From NCBI GenBank assembly GCA_965233585.1, contig CBDDTI010000745.1, positions 96,001 through 160,000 of the forward strand: a stretch of DNA of 64,000 bases, read 5' to 3'. How positions within the stretch are numbered: the stretch's first letter is position 1; the number at the start of each line of letters is the position of its first letter. The notes beneath the pieces are model-generated. The model did not search any database. It was not told the origin of the DNA and worked only from the letters and a program-made list of their open reading frames with translations. The DNA comes from a bacterium (GTDB taxonomy: Bacteria > SAR324 > NAC60-12). The position numbers were made by a program, and so were the translations under genes. Below, piece after piece: positions 38,874-47,822 of the stretch.

Positions 38874-40580
38874 ATGTTAAATTTTTTAAATCAAGCCAGA
38901 GAATGGGCTACTTCAACATGGTTTGATTCAAACACACGCCAAGAAGTACAGGACTTACTTGACAACAATGACACTCAAGAGCTAGAAGACCGCTTTGGCA
39001 AATCACTGGAATTTGGGACTGGTGGCATGCGTGGAATCATGGGCGCTGGCACAAATCGTCTGAATCGCTACACTGTCAGGAAGGCAACAGCAGGGCTTGC
39101 AAGCTATCTAAGTTCTCACTTTGGGGAAGGTGTGGCGTCTGCTGTGATTGGATATGATTCACGCAATCGTTCATACGATTTTGCATGCGAGGTGGCATGT
39201 ACTTTGGCAGGTTATGGAATCAAATCCTTTGTGTTTCAAAAAGTAGCACCGACTCCGCGTGTCTCTTTTGAAATCTTGCAAAGGCAGGCACACACGGGCA
39301 TCATCATCACGGCAAGCCATAATCCCCCTGAATATAACGGCTATAAGGTGTACTGGCAAACAGCGGGGCAAGTTCTCCCTCCTCACGATACCAAAATCGT
39401 TGCATTGGCAAATTGTATGGTGTTGCAAGAGGTGCAACGTCTTTCTTTGGAAGAAGCCGTCAAGCAGGGTTTGATTGAATGGATTGAAGACGTTGCCAGT
39501 CCTGATTACATGAATGCTCTTGAAAAAGTGTCATTTGGAAACAAGGCGTCTAACGCCAAGCTGTCTGTGATTTATACACCTTTGCATGGAACTGGAAAGG
39601 AATGCGTTGAAGCTGTTTTTCAAAAAAGAAATTTTCAGCAGGGACGTGTTCTGCCTCAACAAGCAGAGCCTGATGGCAACTTCACTACCCTCAAAATTCC
39701 CAATCCTGAAGAACCCAAAGCCTTTGAGCTGGCAATCTCACAGGCACAACAAGATGACCACTTAATCCTTGCCAATGACCCCGATGCAGACCGTGTGGGG
39801 GTGATGGTTCGTCATCATGGTCAGTGGCAGTATCTCAATGGCAATCAAATTGGGGCTTTGCTTTTGGAACATTACCTTAAAACTCATCAAAATCAAAAAG
39901 GGTCTTTGGTTTATAGCCTTGTTTCTTCTCCTCTTCTGGCAAAAATTGCAAAACATTATCAATGGAGTGTGATTGAAACCTTGACAGGCTTTAAATGGAT
40001 TTGGGAGCAAATGCACCAAATTCAAAATGACAATCATTTAGTTTTTGGTATGGAAGAAAGTCATGGTTATTTGATTGGCAATTATTGTGGAGACAAAGAT
40101 GGAATCTGGGCAGTGATGGCGTTTGCTGAAATGACCGCACTTTTTCAGGAACAAGGCACGGATCCATGGCAACAACTACAAGCGATCTATGAAACCTACG
40201 GTTTTCATTTGGACTATCAACATAACTTCGCTTACTCAGGAGTAGAAGGAGCGAAACAAATGAACAGCATCATGCAGGAATTGCAAGACAATCCTCCGCT
40301 GAATTGGGGGGGTTTTAGGCTTCAAAGGCAGGTGGATATTCAGAAAGGCATTGCATGGAACTATGACACGCAAACGCAAGAAACGATTGACCTCCCTGAA
40401 TCCAAAGTTTTAGTTTTTGAACTTGAGCAAAATGCGAGGGTCATTGTCCGTCCTTCAGGAACAGAGCCTAAAATCAAATTTTATGTCAGTTTGAGTGGGG
40501 CATCGCAGCAAAACATTCTTGAACAAAAGACACTCTTATCTGACGAAATTTTAAAATATCAAAACGTTGCAAATGTTTGA
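38874..40580 (+). CDS. Phosphoglucomutase/phosphomannomutase
   Basis: FGTGGMRG, TASHNP, NDPDADR, GMEESHG, RPSGTEPKIK. Confidence 0.93.
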   Translation: MLNFLNQAREWATSTWFDSNTRQEVQDLLDNNDTQELEDRFGKSLEFGTGGMRGIMGAGTNRLNRYTVRKATAGLASYLSSHFGEGVASAVIGYDSRNRSYDFACEVACTLAGYGIKSFVFQKVAPTPRVSFEILQRQAHTGIIITASHNPPEYNGYKVYWQTAGQVLPPHDTKIVALANCMVLQEVQRLSLEEAVKQGLIEWIEDVASPDYMNALEKVSFGNKASNAKLSVIYTPLHGTGKECVEAVFQKRNFQQGRVLPQQAEPDGNFTTLKIPNPEEPKAFELAISQAQQDDHLILANDPDADRVGVMVRHHGQWQYLNGNQIGALLLEHYLKTHQNQKGSLVYSLVSSPLLAKIAKHYQWSVIETLTGFKWIWEQMHQIQNDNHLVFGMEESHGYLIGNYCGDKDGIWAVMAFAEMTALFQEQGTDPWQQLQAIYETYGFHLDYQHNFAYSGVEGAKQMNSIMQELQDNPPLNWGGFRLQRQVDIQKGIAWNYDTQTQETIDLPESKVLVFELEQNARVIVRPSGTEPKIKFYVSLSGASQQNILEQKTLLSDEILKYQNVANV

Positions 40581-40589
40581 ATTTGAACG

Positions 40590-40702
40590 CCGAATGAGTT
40601 ATAAGAATCTGTTTCACTGATATTTATAGTAACCACTGTCGGCTTTATGCCTATGAACTCGTAAGAGTAAGATTTTTGTACTGTAGCCACTTTGGCAGAG
40701 AT
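40590..40702 (-). pseudogene. Remnant 3' end of a paralog of the 41980-42389 gene
   Basis: Aligns with 41955-42073 (ATVQKSY..PTVVT..YK.Q) with a 7-nt deletion. Confidence 0.75.
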
Positions 40703-40722
40703 TTTGGAAAGAGAATATTGAC

Positions 40723-41832
40723 ATGTCCACAACCCACTTTTTATATGATGAGAAAGTCTTTTGGCATACAACCCGAGATGCCGTTTTGTCTTTGCCCCCC
40801 CATGGATATTTGCAACCGCTGACGTCCTTGGGGCATGTGGAGAATGCGGAAACCAAAAGACGATTTTTGTCCTTGGTGCATGTGACGGGTTTGATGAAGC
40901 ACTTGCATACCTATGATGCCCAACCCATCACCTATGAACAGGCCAATCTGGTGCATACCCAAGACTACCTGAACGCAATCATAGAATTTTCCCAAGGCGA
41001 GGGTGGAACTTTTTCAGAGGACCTACCCTTTGGTCACAAGGGGTACGACTATGCTTGTGTATCTGCTGGCTTGGCGGTGCAGGCATTATCTTTGGTTCTG
41101 GATGGCAAGGACCAGTCCGCATATGCACTAACCCGTCCACCCGGTCACCACGCAGAATCTAACGAAGGTACGGGATTTTGTCTGTTGGCTAATATTCCTA
41201 TTGCCATTGAAGTGGCAAAACAAAACAATCCTGATTTAAAAGTACTGGTCTTGGATTGGGATGTGCATCACGGTAACGGTACGCAGAATATCTTTTACAA
41301 TCGTGACGATGTACTGGCTCTATCGTTGCATCAAGACGGTTTATACCCCCTTGATTCTGGACATACTCACCATGTGGGGCAGAGCAAGGGATATGGCTAT
41401 ACCATCAACGTTCCATTACCTGCTGGTACAGGTAATGGGGGGTATATGTATGCCGTGGAAACTATTTTTGTGCGTGCAGTGGAAAAATTTAAACCCGATG
41501 TTATCATTGTGGCATCAGGGTACGATGCGGGGTGGACAGACCCTTTGGGACGCATGTTGGTGACTTCTAAAGGATTCGTCAACATGACCCGTGTAGTGCA
41601 ATCGGTGGCATCCATCAGTCACGGGCGATTGATGTTCACCCACGAGGGAGGATATTGTCCATGCTATGCTCCCCTGTGTGCCTATAAAACCTTGGAGACC
41701 CTAGCGGAAGTGGACTTGGATGTGCAAGACGACTTTGACCCCGATAGTCGTCAGTTGCCTGATTTTGACCTGCAACCTCATCAGAAAAATCGCATTGATG
41801 ACCTATATGCCAATCATCCTTTTTTTAGGTAA
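40723..41832 (+). CDS. Class II histone deacetylase-family amidohydrolase
   Basis: RPPGHHA, GFCLLAN, DWDVHHGNGTQ, SLHQ, ASGYDA..DPLG, HEGGY. Confidence 0.93.
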   Translation: MSTTHFLYDEKVFWHTTRDAVLSLPPHGYLQPLTSLGHVENAETKRRFLSLVHVTGLMKHLHTYDAQPITYEQANLVHTQDYLNAIIEFSQGEGGTFSEDLPFGHKGYDYACVSAGLAVQALSLVLDGKDQSAYALTRPPGHHAESNEGTGFCLLANIPIAIEVAKQNNPDLKVLVLDWDVHHGNGTQNIFYNRDDVLALSLHQDGLYPLDSGHTHHVGQSKGYGYTINVPLPAGTGNGGYMYAVETIFVRAVEKFKPDVIIVASGYDAGWTDPLGRMLVTSKGFVNMTRVVQSVASISHGRLMFTHEGGYCPCYAPLCAYKTLETLAEVDLDVQDDFDPDSRQLPDFDLQPHQKNRIDDLYANHPFFR

Positions 41833-41979
41833 AGGCCAGGTCAAATCAAGTAGAAGATTTGATTCCCAACAACTATGACAAAGTAAAAAATTAAATCTTC
41901 AAAATTTTCTCTTCTGTCAACTATCCTGCCAAATACTCCATTCTGAAACTTAAAGCCAAATGAGTTGTAAGTATCTGTT

Positions 41980-42389
41980 TCACTGGCATTTATAATAGAT
42001 AGTAACTACTGTGGGTTCCTCGCCCAGTAACTTGAAATAATAAGATTTTTGTACTGTAGCCAATCTTGCAGAGGGAAAAATAGTGTATAGAACAAAAATT
42101 GTTCCCCACCCAATAGTCTCTAAAAACTGTATAACCTCTGTATCTTGATCAATATTCCTAGTGATAAGCAATAATGGATTTACCCCCAAGGAACCGATCG
42201 TAAAAAATTCACCATTTTTTTGTAAATTTTTAAGGGTATAGAAGGATCATCATTAATAATAAATTCGTTTTTGGTTAAATTCATAAAATCATCTCTATAG
42301 CTAGTACAAGATGCAATAAGTTGTTCTGCCATGACGTCAGTTGTTAAAGCAAATAAGCAAGTAAAAAACAAAACTGCAATTTTTCTCAT
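41980..42389 (-). pseudogene. Secreted hypothetical protein split by a frameshift
   Basis: Two 69-aa ORFs join into one if the A7 run at 42215-42221 gains one base; signal peptide at the N-terminus. Confidence 0.7.
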
Positions 42390-42521
42390 AACAAACTTCT
42401 AAATTTAAATGAATTGATAGTAAAAATTTTCCAAAAGATGTGAAAAACTGATGAAGGGTACACAAAACCAATCACTCCTGTCAATGCCTGAATTTAAAGT
42501 CTATGGCATTCGCAAAATGTG

Positions 42522-44552
42522 TCAAGACCTGATTTTCTGGGAGCAAAACACGGTGGCGTACAATCCGATTCCGATGAGGTAGCACCAGTTTTGATTGCCT
42601 AACCCGATAACAGGCGAGACAATGTTAGGTAAAAACATCAGGGGAATGATTGCAAACAGCAAGGCGCTTTCAAAAAGGTTGTTTCGTTTGATGAAGTAAC
42701 GTTGTGTCAGGCAAGAAAAGGCAAACATTCCAACAATGGCAGTTCCAAAGATGACAGCAATTCGGAAAGGGTCGGTTATCCAGACCCACGTTGAAGGTGA
42801 TGTTGGGACTCCCACACTTTCAATCAAAATGAGTTCATTGTTAAAAAAGAACATAAACGGTAAAATCGCTGTCCTTATGTCGTATGAAAAACCCTGTATT
42901 CCTGTTTTAATAGGTTCAGACCGAGCAATGCCACTTGCTGCATAAGCTGCTAATCCAACAGGAGGTGTGTCATCAGCTAAAATTCCAAAATAAAAGACAA
43001 ACAAATGTGCGGCAATCGCTGGCACGATGTAGCCGTTGTCTTCTGCTAAAATCAAAATGACAGGAGCTGTTAAACTTGCCATCACGATATAGTTGGCAGT
43101 TGTTGGCAATCCCATTCCCAAAATCAACGAGGTCACACCCGCTAAAATCAAGATTAAAATAATGTTGTTACCTGCAATCGCTTCTACCACTTCCACCAAG
43201 ACTTGACCGATGCCTGTGAGAGTGATTGAACCAATCACGATGCCTGCAATTCCTGTTGCCACAGCGATTGGAATTGAGTTTTTTGCCCCTGTCACGAATC
43301 CGTTTAAAATGTCATAAAAGCCTTGTAGAAAAAGTGCTTTGGTCAGAGGAGTTTTTGTGAGCAATGCTTTAATGGGGTGTTGAAGCAACATAATGAGTAG
43401 CAAGAACATAATCGCATTATATGCGGCTAGTGCTGTGGACTGCCTTGCAAACAAAAGGCTGTACAGGAGAAAGAAAATGGGGACTAGGTAATGGATTCCA
43501 CTCAAGAAGGTTTTGACAAATGCAGGTAATTGTTTGCGGTCCATGCCTTCTAATCCCAATTTTAAACTTTCCAAATGCACAATGTAAAAGAGCGCAAAAT
43601 AGGAGACGAAAGCAGGAATGAATGCAGAGATGATGACGTCAGAATAGGCAATGCCTAGAAATTCAGCAATGATGAATGCTGCCGCTCCCATAATCGGGGG
43701 CATCAACTGACCGTTGGTGCTTGCTGCCACTTCTACTGCTGCTGCTTTTTCAGGTGTGAAGCCTGTCTTTTTCATTAAAGGAATTGTGAACGTTCCTGTT
43801 GTGACAGTGTTCGCAATGGAACTTCCTGACATAATTCCAGTGAAACCACTTGCGACAACACTTGCTTTAGCTGGTCCTCCCCTGAACGTCCCAAGCAGCG
43901 CATAAGCTAAATCAATGAAGTATTTGCCTGCCCCTGCTTTGTCAATCAAAGCACCAAACAAAACAAACAAAAAAATAAATCCTGCAGACACTCCCAATGA
44001 CACACCAAAAATCCCTTCTGACGTTAAGAACAGATGCCCTGCTAATTTGTGAAGGCTTGCTCCTTTGTGTGCAATCATATCAGGAAAGTAGCGTCCAAAA
44101 AGGTCATACAAGATGAACACAATGGCAATACAGCTCAATGCCAATCCTAAAGAACGGCGACCTGCCTCCAACAAAATGACAATTCCTACTAAAGCAACAA
44201 CAATGTCAAGGGTGATGTAAGCCCCTGGACGCAGCGAAAGCTCTTCGTAAAAAATGGCAATATACAGCATGACCATTGAGGCAACAACTGCCATGATGAA
44301 GTCATACCAAGGAATGCGATGAAGTAACTGAGTGTTTTTGTAGAGAGGATAAAGCAAAAATGCTAAGAAAATAGCAAAAGCAATATGAATGGAACGAATG
44401 ATGTCATTGGTGATGGGTGCTAAAACGACAAACAGCTGAAAACAAGACCAGACCAATGCAACACCAGAAGTCAGCCAAAACTCATAAGATTGAGGTTGAA
44501 AACTCCTGACACCCTCTAATTCAGTGAGTAATTGTTCCTCTTTCTGTTCCAT
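42522..44552 (-). CDS. TAXI-type TRAP fused permease (4TM/12TM)
   Basis: GGPAKASVVASG, SGSSIANTVTTG, ASTNGQLMPPIMGAAAF, GMGLPTTANY, ADDTPPV. Confidence 0.93.
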   Translation of the reverse strand: MEQKEEQLLTELEGVRSFQPQSYEFWLTSGVALVWSCFQLFVVLAPITNDIIRSIHIAFAIFLAFLLYPLYKNTQLLHRIPWYDFIMAVVASMVMLYIAIFYEELSLRPGAYITLDIVVALVGIVILLEAGRRSLGLALSCIAIVFILYDLFGRYFPDMIAHKGASLHKLAGHLFLTSEGIFGVSLGVSAGFIFLFVLFGALIDKAGAGKYFIDLAYALLGTFRGGPAKASVVASGFTGIMSGSSIANTVTTGTFTIPLMKKTGFTPEKAAAVEVAASTNGQLMPPIMGAAAFIIAEFLGIAYSDVIISAFIPAFVSYFALFYIVHLESLKLGLEGMDRKQLPAFVKTFLSGIHYLVPIFFLLYSLLFARQSTALAAYNAIMFLLLIMLLQHPIKALLTKTPLTKALFLQGFYDILNGFVTGAKNSIPIAVATGIAGIVIGSITLTGIGQVLVEVVEAIAGNNIILILILAGVTSLILGMGLPTTANYIVMASLTAPVILILAEDNGYIVPAIAAHLFVFYFGILADDTPPVGLAAYAASGIARSEPIKTGIQGFSYDIRTAILPFMFFFNNELILIESVGVPTSPSTWVWITDPFRIAVIFGTAIVGMFAFSCLTQRYFIKRNNLFESALLFAIIPLMFLPNIVSPVIGLGNQNWCYLIGIGLYATVFCSQKIRS

Positions 44553-44565
44553 TGGTTTTTTGTGG

Positions 44566-44805
44566 TTAGGAAAATTCTAAAATTGGAATGGCATCATTTC
44601 CTCCTGCCGTAGCTTTTGGAAGAGGTTGACCATCTGCTTGATAGAGTGCAATGATTTCTTCAACCATTTGACATAGCTCCGCAAAAACTTGGTATTCATC
44701 TGTTCCATGGCATCCTCCATAAAAAAGCCCGGGGCAACTTCCTATAAAACATTGATCTTTTTCCGACCACTCCACAATTTTGATGTAATTCAAACTTGAT
44801 TTCAT
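44566..44805 (-). CDS. hicB: HicB family antitoxin (short form)
   Basis: IVEWSEKDQCFIGSCPGL..GCHG..E..AEL, G.PLP. Confidence 0.85.
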   Translation of the reverse strand: MKSSLNYIKIVEWSEKDQCFIGSCPGLFYGGCHGTDEYQVFAELCQMVEEIIALYQADGQPLPKATAGGNDAIPILEFS

Positions 44806-44999
44806 TTTTTTGCTTCCTGAATCGCTAGTTTCACTGCTTTTTCTTGATAATGTTTTGCATCGGCATTCAGATTTCCAGATATAGTAATAGGCATGGAAAC
44901 TTTGATGTGGGTGAAATTTCTATGACTTCCTTTGCCTCCTCTATTGACAAAACCTGCCTGTTCTAAATCTGTAATCAATTCTCTAACCTTACGAGGCAT
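44802..44999 (-). CDS. hicA: HicA family toxin
   Basis: MPRKVRELI.DLE.AGF..GGKGSHR.F.H; ATGA overlap with hicB. Confidence 0.9.
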   Translation of the reverse strand: MPRKVRELITDLEQAGFVNRGGKGSHRNFTHIKVSMPITISGNLNADAKHYQEKAVKLAIQEAKK

Positions 45000-45038
45000 C
45001 GCTCCAATACAACAAGTAATGAATGTTTTGTCTTTCCT

Positions 45039-45241
45039 TTAATACGAACAATAAGTACTACCAAAAAAAACTCTATAAATCTGTCCGTCCGAACCTTTAT
45101 AAGTTCCTATATATCCATGTTGTAACCATATTTTCCCCAATCACAACTAATTAGTGTGGCGTACATTCCACCTATAGTATATGCTTGCAATGATACTGCA
45201 GTAAGCCAGCAGATAAAAAATAAACTCACAATTTTTTTCAT
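45039..45241 (-). pseudogene. Small secreted Tyr/Gly-rich two-Cys protein with a frameshift (absent from the ORF track)
   Basis: MKKIVSLFFICWLTAVSLQAYTIGGMYATLISCDWGKYGY, then a frame change near 45120, then HGYIGTYKGSDGQIYRVFFGSTYCSY-stop. Confidence 0.65.
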
Positions 45242-45288
45242 AATGTACCCTAAAAAATTTAAATCATAACGTTAAGTCATTGTAAAAT

Positions 45289-45310
45289 ACCTCCCTAGTC
45301 ATAGGGAGGT
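45289..45310 (-). terminator. Intrinsic terminator after the TAXI binding-protein gene
   Basis: ACCTCCCTA-N4-TAGGGAGGT followed by ATTTT on the minus strand. Confidence 0.7.
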
Positions 45311-45330
45311 TGTTCAAAACAAGAAGTCAA

Positions 45331-46275
45331 CTAAAGTAACCCTTGTTCTTCATAATACTTTTTAGCTCCATCATGGAGGGGAGCGCTCAAGCCTTCAAGC
45401 AAAGACTTTTTGGTGATTTTAGAATAGGCAGGGTGCAGTTTTTTGAAGGAGTCAAAATCATTTAAAATCGCTTTGGTGATGGTGTAAACAGCATGGTCGC
45501 TCGTGTTAGTGCTAGAGACTAATACTGCTTTGACCCCAAAACTTTCTACATCGTTAGAAATCCCCTTATACAAACCACCTGCAATGACTCCTTTGGCATA
45601 GTAAGGATACTTCTTGATTAGACCATCTACTGTCTTTCCTACGATTGGCACGATTCTAATTGGTGTGGAGTTTGCCGCATCTTTGAGATTAGCTGCAGGG
45701 TGTCCAACAATGAAAAAATAGCCGTCAATTTTTTGGTCTCTTAACGCATCAGGTGCTTCAGATGACCTCAAACTTCCTGCTAGCTTTAAATCATCTTCAA
45801 CAATTCCATATTCTTTGAGCAAGATTTTGGAAGTTGCCCGTGTTCCACTACCGAAGTTGTCAAGGTTAATTTTTTTCCCTTTCACATCTTCAATCTTACG
45901 AATCCCAGACCTTTGACTTGCAACAAAAGTCACAATTTCAGGATAAATTGCCATGACAGACCTTAAACCTTTGTAAGGCTTTCCCTCAAATTTTCCTGTC
46001 CCTTGATGTGCCTGATACACAACATCACTTTGTGCCATTCCCAAATCAAGCTCTTTTGATTTGATGTTGTTGATGTTGTAAACTGAACCACCTGTTGACT
46101 CAACACCGCATCGGACTTTGGACTCCTTTTTGTACTTGTTGACCAAACGGCAAACCGCCCCACCAGTAGGATAATACGTTCCCGTCACCCCACCCGTTCC
46201 AATCGTCACAAATTCAATGGCAAATGCAGGCAGAACAAACCCCAACATTGAAACCAAACTCACTATTCTCTTCAT
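45331..46275 (-). CDS. TAXI family TRAP solute-binding protein
   Basis: TIGTGGVTGTYYPTG, ESTGGSVYN, AQSD, PLHDGAKKYY. Confidence 0.93.
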   Translation of the reverse strand: MKRIVSLVSMLGFVLPAFAIEFVTIGTGGVTGTYYPTGGAVCRLVNKYKKESKVRCGVESTGGSVYNINNIKSKELDLGMAQSDVVYQAHQGTGKFEGKPYKGLRSVMAIYPEIVTFVASQRSGIRKIEDVKGKKINLDNFGSGTRATSKILLKEYGIVEDDLKLAGSLRSSEAPDALRDQKIDGYFFIVGHPAANLKDAANSTPIRIVPIVGKTVDGLIKKYPYYAKGVIAGGLYKGISNDVESFGVKAVLVSSTNTSDHAVYTITKAILNDFDSFKKLHPAYSKITKKSLLEGLSAPLHDGAKKYYEEQGLL

Positions 46276-46292
46276 TATGAACTCCTAAATTG

Positions 46293-46395
46293 AAATGAAT
46301 TGACCATCAAAATCTTCCACAGAATTATGAAAGATTTGGCAAGGATACACAAAACTCATCACTTATGCAAGTCTTTTTTTTAATCTTTGTGAGAT
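46293..46395 (-). promoter_or_regulatory. Promoter/leader copy P1 (upstream of TAXI binding protein)
   Basis: TTGCAT-N17-TATCCT (46370-46342); near-identical to 54762-54860 and 56823-56925. Confidence 0.75.
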
Positions 46396-46532
46396 TTAGT
46401 CTTGAACTAGCTTTTTGAACTAGCATTGATGACAAATCAAATGATTAAAGTTTTTGTGTAAACCAGTGATTTTTTCAGGGATCCAAACTGCATTGCCAAG
46501 ACAATGAGTTTGCCCCCCTTCAAAGACTTGAC

Positions 46533-47618
46533 TCAACCGTAGCGATACGGACGACCTGCTTTTTCCATATCAGCGTTGTATTGTTTGATGATTTTGACAA
46601 TTTTCGCTTTGGTTTCTGATTCTTCAGCAATTTCGTCCCAGAACTTATAAGCGGCTTGTTCTACTTGACTCCATTCTTCATCAGGGATACTTGTGAGTTT
46701 CATCTTTGTCCCGTTGACTCGCAATGCTGCCTCACCTCCCCAATACCACCATTGACGGTAATAGTGAGAGCTATCCATCGTCACTTTTAAAAGTTCTTTC
46801 AAGTGTTCAGGCAGTTCTTCATAACGTTCCATATTGGCAAAGAAAGAGCCTACCCAAGCCCCTGAAATGTTATTTGTGAGAAAGTAATCCGTCACATCTG
46901 CCCAGCCAACTGTGTAGTCTTCAGTGATTCCAGACCAAGCAATTCCGTCTAATTCTCCCGTTTGTACAGCGACTTCAATGTCTTCCCAAGGCAAGGTGAC
47001 AGGCACGACTCCAAATTGGCTAAGGAAACGTCCTGCTGTAGGAAAGGTAAAAACACGTTTGCCTTTGAGGTCTGCTAAACGATAAATTGGTTCTTTAGTC
47101 GCAAAATGACAAGGGTCCCAAGAACCTGCAGAAATATGTTTGATTCCCACTTTGCTATATTCTTCTTGCCAAATTTCATTGAGTCCATACTGATTGAAAA
47201 GCACTGGCACATCTAAGGAATAACGTGAGGCAAAGGGAAAGTATCCTCCAAATACCGTCACCTCCGTAGGAGACGCCATAGAATCATCATCAGATTGAAC
47301 AGCATCAATGGTGCCGCGTTGCATGGCACGGAACAATTCACCAGTGGGAACTAATTGGTCAGCAAAGTACAACTTGATTTCCATTTCATCACCAGCAATT
47401 TTATTGAAACTTTCAATAGCAGGTTTGATGACGTGTTCTGCCAAAGATGCCCCAGCGTAAGTTTGCAATCGCCAAGTAATTTTTGATTTTGCAATGGCAG
47501 GAGAGGCAATGCTTGTCCCCACTGCAGTTGCTGCCGCAACTCCCGTTCCTTTCACAAAATTTCTTCTTGTGACAAGGTCGTTTTTTTTGGTATCGCTACT
47601 TTTGATTGAATCACTCAT
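46533..47618 (-). CDS. dctP: TRAP DctP-family binding protein, Tat-exported
   Basis: TRRNFVK, SPAIA..ITWRLQT, DLKGKRV, EVAVQTGELDG. Confidence 0.9.
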   Translation of the reverse strand: MSDSIKSSDTKKNDLVTRRNFVKGTGVAAATAVGTSIASPAIAKSKITWRLQTYAGASLAEHVIKPAIESFNKIAGDEMEIKLYFADQLVPTGELFRAMQRGTIDAVQSDDDSMASPTEVTVFGGYFPFASRYSLDVPVLFNQYGLNEIWQEEYSKVGIKHISAGSWDPCHFATKEPIYRLADLKGKRVFTFPTAGRFLSQFGVVPVTLPWEDIEVAVQTGELDGIAWSGITEDYTVGWADVTDYFLTNNISGAWVGSFFANMERYEELPEHLKELLKVTMDSSHYYRQWWYWGGEAALRVNGTKMKLTSIPDEEWSQVEQAAYKFWDEIAEESETKAKIVKIIKQYNADMEKAGRPYRYG

Positions 47619-47822
47619 AATTTTCCTTTTGAGCTAAAAGTTTAAAAAAAGTGTCACAACTGAAACACTGATGTAACACGAAAAATAACAACATTTTGAA
47701 AGATCCTATTTCAGTCTCTGTGAGTTAAGAGTCTTTGCACAACCCACTTCAAATGATTGACTGCGTCTTCCCTGTCAGGTACGAAAAGGGTGCAAATCTG
47801 TTTCAGTCAACATGACTTCCAG

